From contig OX597821.1 in assembly GCA_951406725.2 (NCBI GenBank), positions 84,506,001 to 84,570,000 on the forward strand: a DNA stretch of 64,000 bases. Direction: 5' to 3'. The stretch is from Octopus vulgaris (lineage: Eukaryota). The notes beneath the pieces were generated by a model that saw nothing but the letters and a program-made list of their open reading frames with translations, did not search any database and had not been told where the DNA came from. Positions 52,648 to 63,590 of this stretch are shown here, one piece after another. The translations under genes and the position numbers were made by a program. Numbering within the stretch: position 1 is the first letter of the stretch; every line of letters begins with the position of its first letter.

Positions 52648-54408
52648 CTGCAATAAATAAATAGTAAACTTATTTGTATTTAGAATTTACATTCATCATC
52701 CACAGCATTCACCTCTATCCTTATCTATCCATCACTCTCCTTTCCTACTCTCTTGACCTTAGTTGTGCACCCTGTCCAATCCTCAGGACCATTCTTGCAA
52801 TCTAAGAGTACATCCTGACACCTCTTCATGATTCTTCTCTCCTTTTCCAGCTGGGGTAGCTATATATCTCCTCTACAGCAAGATACCCATTTCTACCCTT
52901 TTATCATACTTCAACCTCCCATTCCCTCATATAAAGCCACCTCCCTCAATGCTACACCCCACACAGTCTTGCAAATTACTAGGTGACCTCATTTGTACCA
53001 ATTCTACATAAAAAAGCACCCAGAACACCGTAAAGTTGGCATTAGGAAGGACATCTGACTAAAGAAATCATGCCAAAGCAGACAGATGTTGGCACAGCCT
53101 GCTGGCTTATGAGCCCCTGCCAAACTATCCATCATCATTTAATGTCTATCCAATGCATGCTAATATGGAAAACATTAAACAATGATGATAGAAGTGTTAC
53201 ATTTTTGACATGCTGTTACCATAACAACTAAGTTATTTGATTTATCAACCTCATATTTTACGTATTTGTTCTCTTACACTATATCTTGCTCAGTTGAGTT
53301 TGTATGAATCCATTACTGGTTTTTGTTATGTATTCCAGTTATTTGATCAACTGAACTGAATACAGCAAAGAAAGCAGCTGAGTATACCATGGGAACATGT
53401 TAATTTTTTATGCGTCCTTGACTAACAAAGACAGAGCTTAACTCGGTCTCCATGTCATATAAGTGACTGAGATTACAACAGTCCCTCACTGAACAAGGCA
53501 CAAATCTAATACAGTTTGAACTTTCCAGCTATTGCTGGAACTCACTTATAGCTGATTGGACTGGAACAATGTGAAATGAAGTGTTTTGCTCAAGAACCTG
53601 GTCCGGGAATCAAAATTACAACCATAAAAAGCACCTGTTTTGGTGCCAATTAAATGCACCCATGCCAGTGCTGCGTAAGAGCATCTAGTACACTCTGCAA
53701 AGTGGTTGGCATTAGGAAGGGCACCTAGCCATAGAAACCATGCTCAAAACAGACATAAAACCTGAGCAGCAATTCAGCTGGCCAGCTCCAGTCAAACTGT
53801 CCAATGCATGGAAAACGGACGTTAAATGATGATGATGATGATGACAATCATGAGAGCAATCCACTAACCAAATGGAACCATGTGCCTTCATCTTGGCACA
53901 AATGCATTTACTAAAAATTTTGGGTAAGAATCAGTGTAATGCAGTGTAGGATAAAGCTGGCCTTTTGAATAACAATTTCACCAGCAAGGATTGTGATACA
54001 GTTCTACAGTCAAAATCGTCCAACCCATGCTAGCATGGAAAGCGGACGTTAAACGATGATGATGATATATATATATATATTAGTATGACCCAGCAGGAGC
54101 TAAACTTGCGCTTGTTATAATGTAAATAGTTTTGATCAAAGACTGAAACCATATTGCTGACAGACCTCACACCCAGTCATTTTTGTTCTGTACAGTTGGA
54201 GAGAAGTTAGTCAAAGAGATTCTTCACAGTTGTTCAACTTGCTCAATGCGACAGCCTAATGTACCCCAGTTATCTCCCCATGAAGCCATCATCCACTTAT
54301 TCCATCTGCACCCCTTTAAAAAATAGGTGCCAATTCTGACTCATAGTAGGAACGGCATGATTATCACCACTTCTACTACTACTACTGTCCTTGCATAATA
54401 GTAAATTA

Positions 54409-54974
54409 TTGGGTTGTCGGGAAAGTTCGTGCTGATTTTTAAAGGAAAGAAAAAGGTCAATAAATACTTGCCATTACATTTTTAATCAACCAAATATGAA
54501 CCATTTTGTTGTACAATGCGTCTCCATCTTTCCTTTAACTTAAAAATACCCTCTTCTCAGAATTGAGGTGGTTTCATGGCAAAGAATTCATCAAGGTATC
54601 TTTTTACGTCATCCAAGGAATTGAAATTTTTACCATTAAGACTATTCTGCCGAGACCTGAATAAGTGGAAATCCAAAGGAGCAATATCTGGTGAATATGG
54701 AGGGTGGGGTAACACATCCCAGCTGAGCTGCAGCAATTTTTGTCTGGTTCCCAAAGTATCAAGTGCCGAAAATGAACTTTATTATCTTCCATTTTAAAGG
54801 GTTACAGAATTAACACAGGTTATTGAAACATAAACCTTCTTCCACGAAAAGATAGCTCAAACTGCACTCTAAATGGAGGTGTAGTCAAATCCTATTTTAT
54901 GGACTCAACCATGTTCTAAAATAAGTCGAAAAGTAAGCTACTGTAAATCGGCACGAACTTTCCAGACAACCCAA
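54409..54974 (-). mobile_element. Internally deleted mariner with intact ~30-bp TIRs and TA target duplications
   Basis: TA|TTGGGTTGTCGGGAAAGTTCGTGCTGATTT ... AAATCGGCACGAACTTTCCAGACAACCCAA|TA. N-terminus MEDNKVHFRHLIL is fused to C-terminal PHPPYSPDIAPLDFHLF. Confidence 0.92.
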
Positions 54975-54998
54975 TAATTACGACTGATGTAAACTTAC

Positions 54999-56283
54999 CT
55001 GTCTGTTCTTCCACAGCAGGAACTAATGATTCTAATGAAGCTGTGTTTGATTCACCAGAATACTTTGTCCCAGTAACATTAGGGGTAGAAGATGAGGCAG
55101 TCTGTGATGATTTACTAGAGGCAAAAATGTCCCCAGACAATGTATTAACAGAACTGGGGATGTTTTCCTGAAGGTCCTTTGGTTGGTCATTGCTATCACC
55201 TTCCAAGATGGGTTTGTCTTTAATGTTTGGTTCATCAGTTACCGATTCTTCATCAGAGGAAATACTATGTGCTCTTGATCTTTTAGGAGTTTCAACAGGT
55301 GATTCAGATTGTTTAGTTTTCACAGGAGTACTATCTTTCATAACACCAACACTGTCATTTGCCACTTCTATATCAAGACCACAGCTTTGCCGTAAAGGCT
55401 GTGTTTTATCACCAACAGAAGTTTTAGGTGTAGATGCTGACAGCTTCTTAATATTTGGTGAACTAATGCTACTGTCTAACGCATATGGCTGTGTTGCATC
55501 TAAACTGAAATTTTCACTACATTCAGTCAAAGCATGAACTTTGGGGCTGCTGACCAAAGATAAATTTCGATTGGTTATTGTTGAGTGATTTTTTGCTGGA
55601 GAACTTGTATCAGCTTCATCTTCCTGAACACACAATGTCTTAGAGAATGTTTCAATAGCCACCGTTTCCAATGGCTCAGCAACTTGTGGTTGTTTTTTGG
55701 GACTTACACATTCCACATGTTCCACAACTTCAACGGTCTCCATCAAAGTGCTCGACAGAGGCACAGTTTCTTTCACAGGAGTGCTTGTGTTAGAAGGTGC
55801 CTTGTCGGTTTTATCTACAGGTGATGCAAGTTTTTGAAAACTTCCCACAGGAACAGTATCCATAACAGGACTAGATACAGTAGACTTGTTAATGGTGGAT
55901 GATAGCTTGCCTTCAGGTGATTTGTTAGCAGAATTTAATGATTCATTTGCATCCTGGTCTACAGATGCCTCTGGCATCTGTAATGTTGCAGGAAGAGTTC
56001 CTTGAGCTGTGCTGGTAACTGGCTTTTTCACGGGTGACTGACTTGCAGGAGGCAATTCTTCATCAGATATTTCAATGTCGTTCTTATAGGTGGACATAAA
56101 AAAGAGATCATAATCTACTTTCTCCTCTGGTTTAGTATTAACAGGTATTTCAGATGAAGACTTCAGTTTAAATCCTTCAGAATCGCCACAAGCACTTTGA
56201 GATGGAGAAGATCGGGAAGAGTTTAGCTTGGGTTTATTTGGTTCCTTTGGCAAATCTTCAGGCATATGGTTTGATTTCTGAGA
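54999..56283 (-). CDS. MDC1: MDC1-like large exon, S/T/P-rich region
   Basis: Within ORF 54916-56265; TTCTAG|TCT acceptor, AG|GTAAGT donor; 1285 nt, phase 0 to 1; contains ATQPY. Confidence 0.88.
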
Positions 56284-56497
56284 CTAGAATATATAGATAT
56301 TGAAAAGCTATCAGTTATCTGATATCAGGTGAGATAATCAAAGAAAACATAAGATACATTTGTTTGTACATTTATTAGTCTTACGTATAGTTTCTCTAGT
56401 AATTGGTAAACAACTTTAGTTTAGTTTTAGCACTGTTTTATACATTTGTCCAAGATGAGATGCAGTCAGATTGAAACAGGGAATTCATGACTGTAAA

Positions 56498-56956
56498 GCC
56501 GGTGGCACATAAAAAGCACCATCCGAATGTGGCCGTTGCCAGCGCCGCCTCGACTGGCTTCTGTGCCGGTAGCACATAAAAAGCACCATCCGAATGTGGC
56601 CAATGCCAGCGCCGCCCTGACTGGCTTCTGTGCCGGTGGCACATAAAAAGCATCATCCAAACGTGGCCGTTGCCAGCGCCGCCTTGGCTGGCTTCCGTAC
56701 CAGTGGCACGTTAAAAGCTCCAACCGATCGTGGCCGATGCCGGACCCCCCTGGCACCTGTGCAGGTGGCATGTAAAAAGCACCCACTACACTCGCGGAGT
56801 GGTTGGCGTTAGGAAGGGCATCCAGCTGTAGAAACTCTGCCAGATCAGACTGGAGCCTGGTGCAGCCCTTGGCTTTCCAGACCCCGGTCGAACCGTCCAA
56901 CCCGTGCTAGTGCGGAAAACGGACGTTAAACGATGATGATGATGATGATGATGATG
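56498..56956 (+). mobile_element. Family B SINE with five 62-67-bp tandem units
   Basis: GGTGGCAC-type units start at 56501, 56568, 56635, 56702 and 56764. Confidence 0.92.
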
Positions 56957-57286
56957 AAAGCAAACTTTTTAACTACTTGGCCATGTTTACATCCAGCAAC
57001 TGGCATTGATTGGTTACAGTGAAGGAAATGTCCACACTGTCACACTGACCTCATTCTGCATGTCAGCTGTTTAACTCCAGTTCAACCCCGATTGAGCAAA
57101 CATTACGATGATAAAAGGCATTCCTGCCATGACCACATCATCATCATTTAATGTCCATTTTCCATGCTGGCATGGGTTGGATTGCTTGAAAGGCGCTGGC
57201 AAGGTTGGGAGCCATGCCAGGTTCCGTTGTCTGTTCGGGTTAGGGTTTCTATGGCTGGATGCCCTTCCTAACACTAACCACTTTAA

Positions 57287-57507
57287 CCCTTTAGTATTCA
57301 CGTTATTTGGTCAAAAGTAATGCTTATCTATTCACCTTGTTTTAAATTAATCCTGCATTATCTTGTGGCTTTGAGATTTTGAAGAAGTAACCATTCATTT
57401 TTAGAATTATATAGTAGGGCTGGTGTGAGAGGCCAGATCTGGCCAATTTGAACATAAAACAGGGGAGAACATTTTGACCGGATATGGCCGGTTTAAATGC
57501 CAAAGGG
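57287..57507. mobile_element. piggyBac-type MITE (TTAA target duplication), nested in a family B SINE
   Basis: TTAA|CCCTTT...AAAGGG|TTAA; host SINE sequence resumes after the TSD. Confidence 0.85.
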
Positions 57508-57779
57508 TTAAAGAGTGTATTGGGTGCTTTTTGCTTAACACCAGTTGTGTATCTAAGAGTACACTATCGAATATGTTCCTTCTTTCAAAGATTGTAGAGT
57601 ATGATTTAATGGAGGATTGGCTGTTATCTTTAGCGGGTCAAGTGACTATGTTGAGCTCTGATGGGTGCTCAACGTATTTGGTGCCCTGGATCTGCAAATC
57701 ACAGTTAGTCCTTTGAAAGATCACCTAAGTGTCATAGGCATTTTAATCAGGGATGATGATGTGTACATATGTAGGGGAA

Positions 57780-58135
57780 GCTCTTTTATTCGTTTCAGTC
57801 ATGTGACTGCGGCCAAGCTGGAGCACTGCATTTAGTTGAGCAAATCGACCCTCAGGACTTATTCTATCAGTCTCTTTTGCCGAACCGCTAAGTCACGGGG
57901 ACACAAACACACCAGCATCAGTTGTCAAGCGATGTTGGGGAGACAAACACACACACACATATACATACGATGGGCTTCTTTCAGTTTCCCTCTACCAAAT
58001 CCACTCACAAGGCTTTGGTCGACCAGAGGCTATAGTAGAAGACACTTGCCCAAGGTGCCATGCAGTGGGACTCAACCCGGAACCATGTGGTTGGTAAGCA
58101 AGCTACTTACAACACAGCCACTCCTGCGCCTATAG
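57780..58135 (-). mobile_element. Family C SINE
   Basis: Colinear with 44245-44695. Confidence 0.88.
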
Positions 58136-58293
58136 GCAATGAGGAAACTTAAATATGATACAATTCCAAGTAGCAAGAGTGAGTTAAAATTTGCAGATGT
58201 AACCAACCCACTATAACAACATGGTACAACAAATGTTCATAGCATTAAAAAGAATTTTTTTTTTTTAAATCAAACAAAATTTGAATGACTCAC

Positions 58294-58364
58294 CTGTTGG
58301 GTTGACTGTGTATCAGCAACAAAGGCTATGGGGTTTTCTGCATCATACACTTCGGATTTAGATT
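58294..58364 (-). CDS. MDC1: MDC1-like exon (ESKSEVYDAENPIAFVADTQSTQQ)
   Basis: TACAG acceptor, CAG|GTGAGT donor; 71 nt, phase 1 to 0. Confidence 0.85.
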
Positions 58365-59748
58365 CTGTAATTATATATATATAAATACATAAAAACTTAC
58401 AACAAACATCTGAGCAAGATGGTAGTATAGTGATATGGGCTAAATCTATCAAGATTATTGGCTGGCACAAGGCAGTGAGCTGGCAGAATCATTAGCACGC
58501 TGGGCAAAATGCTTAGTATCACTTCACCCATCTTTACATTCTGAGTTCAAAAATTCAGCCGAGGTAGACTTTTCCGTTCATCCTTTCAGAATCGGTAAAG
58601 TAAGTACCAGTTGAGCACAGGGGTCGATGCAATCAACTTATACCCTCCCCCAAAATAACTGGCCTTGTGCCAAAATTAGAAACCAACATTAACAGCTAGT
58701 ATGATGGGTAAGTAATGAATAAAGTGAATGGTAAGCTGTCCGCCAGCATGAAGGCTAAGTAAGGAACAACCTTGTGGTATCCTATTATTGATACTGTATT
58801 GAGCCTGTGAAGGCAAATTGCTCAGTGGGTAGAGTGTTGGGTTCTCAGTCATGAGGTAGCGAGTTTGATCCCCGAGCCAGGCTGTGTGTTCTATTCTTGA
58901 GTAAAACACTTTATTTCACATTGCTCCACTTCACTCATCTGTAGAAATGAGTTGCAGTGTCACTAGTGCCAAGATTTACTGGCCTTCACTTTTCCTTTGG
59001 AAAACATGGGTGGCATAGAGAGGGGGAGGCTGGTATGCATGGGCAACTGCTGGTCTTCCATAAAACAACCTTGCCTGGACTTGTGACGCAGAGGGTAACT
59101 TTCTAGGTGCAATCCCAAGGTCATTCATGGCCAAAATAATTGCTGTAGTATTTGAGGAAATGCCGAAGAATTTGTTAGTTTGCAATGTGCCAAACTCAAT
59201 TCCATGTGTAAAAGACGTGTAACTTAGCCTAAAGTGTATTGGTAAATTCAGTAAAATGGAACAACTGCTACTAACGATTGAGACAAAGCTGTTGGCTCAG
59301 GTTACTGAGAGCTTACCTTCAGCACCACAGCACTCTGCTTTGTCTATGAGATATTTTTAAAAATCTTTTTACATGTTACAAACATTAGATTGTGGCCATG
59401 CTGTGACACCATCCAGAAGGGTTTTTGCGGTTGAACGTATCAACCCCAGTACTTATTTTAATAAAACCTGGTATTTATTATATTAGACTCTTTTGCTGAA
59501 GTGCTAATTTACTGGGATGTAAACAAACCAACGCCAGTTGTCAAATGGTGGGGGAAGACACAAAGGTTGCCACACACACGACAGGCTTCTTTCTGTTTTC
59601 ATCTGTCAAATCCACACACAAGGCTTTGATCAGCCCATGGCTACAGTAGAAGACACTCGCCCAAAGACCGACCCCAGAACCATGTGGTTGGGAAGCAAAC
59701 TTCTTACCAGTCACACCTGTACCTGTATTTCAAAGTTCTTAAAGAGAA

Positions 59749-60135
59749 CTAGCAGTATCGCCCAGCGTTGCTCGGGTTTGTAAGGGAAATAACTATATAA
59801 GCATTTTTAGAGATGTAAAGTATAATAGCCATCTCAATATGGCTAACTACAAAGGGGGGGGGTGTTACTGTAGCTTTTTACGTTCTGAGATTTAATAATA
59901 AATTTTTAGAGAGTTACTTCCCTTATATATGCCAAAAATGCATTAAAAATGGGAAAAATTAATGGTAATTTTTTTTTTAAATCGTAGACTCATGCTAATA
60001 CCCACAAGGGCTCGATATGAATCACAACTATAAGATACCCGATTTTGGTTAAACTGCACCGCAAAATGTGGGAGTAGTTAGGAATCTAAATCGTAGGAGA
60101 CAGACAGCACACAACCTCTCTTTTATATATAAAGA
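59749..60135 (-). mobile_element. Complete non-autonomous Helitron
   Basis: Minus strand: A|TCTTTATATATAAAAG ... CCCGAGCAACGCTGGG hairpin ... CTAG|T; inserted between A and T with no TSD. Confidence 0.88.
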
Positions 60136-60716
60136 TTACCAGCCAATAATCATGCATAATACCACAGAAAACAGTAATAAGAAGAGAATTCAGAAGTTGA
60201 ATCACGACTAGACATAACAACACAAAGCTTCCACTAACAATAATGATGATGAGTTTATGAAACTGTAGACACTAACAATAATGGATGAAACTGTTGACAA
60301 TGATTGTGATGGTGGTGATGGTATTGATGGTGGTGGTGGTGGTGGTAGTTGTGACATGTGAAGCTGTTGATGGTGGTGGTCGTGGTAGTAATGGTATTTG
60401 CGTCAGTGATATAGAGGAAGTTCATGTTTATTACCTTCCTCCAGCCAAGCTAACCAAACAATGGGAGAAAGCAAATAGCAATTCTTCTCAAACAGTTAAT
60501 TTCTTTGAAACTCATACGCGACAAAATAACAAATGAAGATTTCATTACTTAAAACAAGAGATGTGGTGAAAAACCCGTAAACCCATTAGCAAACAGTAAA
60601 TAAAACCAGAGAGCTTGAAGGAGTGTGATAAAAAAAGAAACCCTCATCAACAGGAGATTAAGGGAGCTAAAATTCCAGCAGCAAGGAAACACTATAATAC
60701 ACAAATCATTATTTAA

Positions 60717-60938
60717 CCCTTTAGCCTTTAAACCAGCCATATCCGGCCAAAAGTATTCTCCCCTGTTTTATGGTCAAACTGGCCAGATCTGGTCTCTCAC
60801 ATCAGCCCTACAATGTCGTTTTAAAAATTAACAGCTACCTCATCAAAACCTCATAGCACCAAGATAATGCCTGATTAGTTCAAGGCAATGTGGATAAAAA
60901 AGCATTAATTTTGGTAGAATAATGCGAACACTAAAGGG
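60717..60938. mobile_element. piggyBac-type MITE (TTAA), same family as 57287-57507 in opposite orientation
   Basis: TTAA|CCCTTTAG...CTAAAGGG|TTAA; partial copies at ~31775-31890 and ~36688-36860. Confidence 0.85.
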
Positions 60939-62242
60939 TTAATGTCCACTTTTCCAGGCTTGCATGGATCAGAAGAAATTTGTTGAGGCATATTTTCTAT
61001 GACAGGATGCCAATTCCTGTCACCAACACTCACCCATTTCTAAGCAAGGAAATATTTCCCTATAGCCAAACATATTTTTCATGGAAGACAGGAAACGAAC
61101 AGCATCGCATGTCAGTGATGCAAGTTTATGACCAGCATGCGATGTCAAGACAATGGTATACACACACAAATATATAGATGCATACATATGACAAGATTCT
61201 CCCAGTTTCTCCCTACAAAATCCACAAGGCTTTCATCAGTCTGAGGCTAGAGTACCTGACTATTGCTCAAGGTGTTACATGCTGAACTTCTAAACTTCAC
61301 AGCCATACCTGTGACAAAATAGTACTTAACATAAAGATTATTGGTAAGGTAGCGAGCTGGCAGAATCATCACAGCGCTGGACAAAATGCTAAGTGGCATT
61401 TCGTCCATCATTACGCTTTGAGTTCAAATTCCACCAAGGCCTACTTTGCCTTTCATCCTTTCAAGGTCAATAAAATAAGTACCAGTTGAGCACTGGGGTC
61501 AATGTAATTGACTTACCTGCTCACCTGAAATTGTTGGCTTTGTCCCAAAATTTGAAACCAATATAAATATAATAGTTGTTGTTAAGCCCCAGGTCAGCCC
61601 TAATCAAGCAGACTTATGACTATTCTGTGTTTCATTTTACAAACCTATTCTTTGTTTTTTAAGATAGTAGGGTGTGATTTGAGGGTGATTTAGCTGCTAT
61701 ACATATGTTGCTCTTTTGTCAGTACATACATAAATATAATAGTGAGGATGACTATAATTATTATCTTTTATGTATTTCAGTCACTGGGCTGCGACCATAC
61801 TGGAGCACCACCTTGAAAGATTTAGTCTAATTGACCTCAATACATTTTTTTTTATATCTGGTACTTATTCTATCAGTCTCTTTCGTCGAACCACTGTGTG
61901 AGAGGAATGCCAACAAACTGACAATGGTTGCTAAGTAGAAGTAGGAAACACACACACACACACACATATATATCTGATGGGTTTCTACCAAACTCACTCA
62001 CAAGGTATAGGTTGGCCAGGGAGTACAGCAGAAGACATCTGCTCAGAGTACCATGTAGTGGGATTGAACCTGAAACCATGTAGTTACATAGCAGGCTTCT
62101 TAACCACTCAGCCACGTCTGTGTCTATTATTGCTTGTTTTCATTTTTTAAAAATTTTAAATGAAGAATTTATTTTTTGATGAATTCACAAAGAGACAGAG
62201 AGCTGCATGCCACACAATATATGATGCAGAAGGGACACTTGC

Positions 62243-62326
62243 CATCATCATCATCATCAGAATCAGCAACATAAGCCTGTGTAGCAGCTGCAAGTATTTC
62301 TGCATCAATATTAACTTCCTTGTTAG
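62243..62326 (-). CDS. MDC1: MDC1-like exon (NKEVNIDAEILAAATQAYVADSDDDDD), most 5' exon seen
   Basis: TTTCCAG acceptor; G|GCAAGT donor; 84 nt, phase 1 to 1; TQAY motif. Confidence 0.78.
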
Positions 62327-62466
62327 CTGGAAATTAGAGTTAAAAACACAACAAATGTTATTACTAAACAAATTAGTATATTAGCAGTTTATCAAAATAC
62401 ATCAGAAATCATCTAGAATAAGAATGATATGTTTGACGGATATTTGTCCTCATCTTGTTTGTTGTT

Positions 62467-62512
62467 AAAACAACATTTCAGCTGGTATACCCTCCAGCCT
62501 TCATCAGGTGTC
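62467..62512 (-). ncRNA. Minimal hammerhead motif, left-arm copy
   Basis: gacac CTGATGA A ggctgg-agggtata-ccagct GAAA TGTT gtttt; stems I and III are partly decayed. Confidence 0.6.
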
Positions 62513-62773
62513 TTGGGGAAATTTCGAACCTGGGTTCTCATTCCTAAGGTACTTTTCAATGTTATTATTATTATTCAGGTCACTGCCTGGAATTGGACTC
62601 GGAATCTTGGGGTTAGTAGCCTGCACTCTTAACCACTATACCATATGCCCGTGGGCGTAGTGGTTAAGAGCACGGGCTACTAACCCCAAGATTCCGAGTT
62701 CAATTCCAGGCAGTGACCTGAATAATAATAATAATAATAATAATATCAAAAAATAGCTTAGGAATTTCCCCAG

Positions 62774-62819
62774 GACACCTGATGAAAGCTGGAGGGTATA
62801 TCAGCTGAAACGTCATGTT
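62774..62819 (+). ncRNA. Minimal type I hammerhead motif, right-arm copy
   Basis: gacac CTGATGA A agctgg-agggtata-tcagct GAAA CGTC atgtt: canonical core, 6-bp stem II, GUC triplet, one stem I mismatch. Confidence 0.72.
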
Positions 62820-63039
62820 AACAAGAAACAAGATGAGGGCAAAAATCTGTCAAATGTAAATAATGTACATAATTCCTCGTCTCTTAAATATAGAACTGTA
62901 TTATCTGGAACATGTTTTACCAAAAATATGCTATTTAAAGTAGAACATGAGTTATCTAAAATAATTCAGGAGTTACTGAGAAAATATATTATCCAGGTTA
63001 TTGAAAGCATTTCTTAAGTTTTGCTTTTTGTTTCTCCAG

Positions 63040-63590
63040 GTTATGACAGTCATAGGTGAAACACCAGACTATGATAGTCACGAGCGACTGTCGTTATTTA
63101 TTAAAAACATTGACGTATCTGACTAGTTTTAAACAGATGTTATTAGGATGTCAACCTTCCAGACAATGATTGTTACAACTAGATGTCATAAGGATGTTGA
63201 CATACAGACTGGACGTCATTAGGATGTTGGCCTACCAGACAATGATAGTCACAAGTGGACATCATTAGGATGTTGGCCGACCAGACAATGATAGTCACAA
63301 GTGGACGTCATTAGGATGTTGGCCTACCAGACAATGATAGTCACAAGTGGACGTCATTAGGATGTTGGCCGACCAGACAATGATAGTCACAAGTGGACGT
63401 CATTAGGATGTTGGCCTACCAGACAATGATAGTCACAAGTGGACGTCATTAGGATGTTGGCCGACCAGACAATGATAGTCACAAGTGGATGTCATTAAGA
63501 TGTTGCTACCAGACCATTATAGTCACAAGAGTGGGTGTTGTGAGGATGATGGACAACCAGACTATGACAGTCCCAAGTGGATATTGACCT
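63040..63590. repeat. 46-bp minisatellite with degenerate flanking units
   Basis: CCAGACAATGATAGTCACAAGTGGACGTCATTAGGATGTTGGCC(T/G)A at 63235, 63281, 63327, 63373, 63419 and 63465. Confidence 0.95.

Larger units (their letters stand above)
62430..62900. mobile_element. Head-to-head inverted pair of a tRNA-headed, hammerhead-bearing retroposon
   Basis: Arms ~62430-62653 and 62654-~62855, plus a ~45-nt tail on the right arm only. A-box TAGTGGTTAAG, B-box GAGTTCAATTCC, (AAT)n linker, then the hammerhead. Confidence 0.88.

Noticed and set aside
47960-55824. Plus-strand ORFs overlapping the large MDC1 exons, and ORF 21837-22226 antisense to TRAPPC6
   Set aside because: Antisense shadows of real coding sequence.
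56498-56800. Palindromic repeat-spacer pattern suggesting CRISPR
   Set aside because: The intervening segments are homologous to each other and the array is part of a dispersed SINE.
62646-62720. tRNA gene
   Set aside because: The acceptor stem does not pair, no oligo-T terminator follows, and it is fused to a repeat body; it is a SINE head.
63040-63590. CRISPR-like array or coding repeat
   Set aside because: Units are contiguous with no unique spacers, there are no cas genes, the context is eukaryotic, and 46 bp is not a codon multiple.
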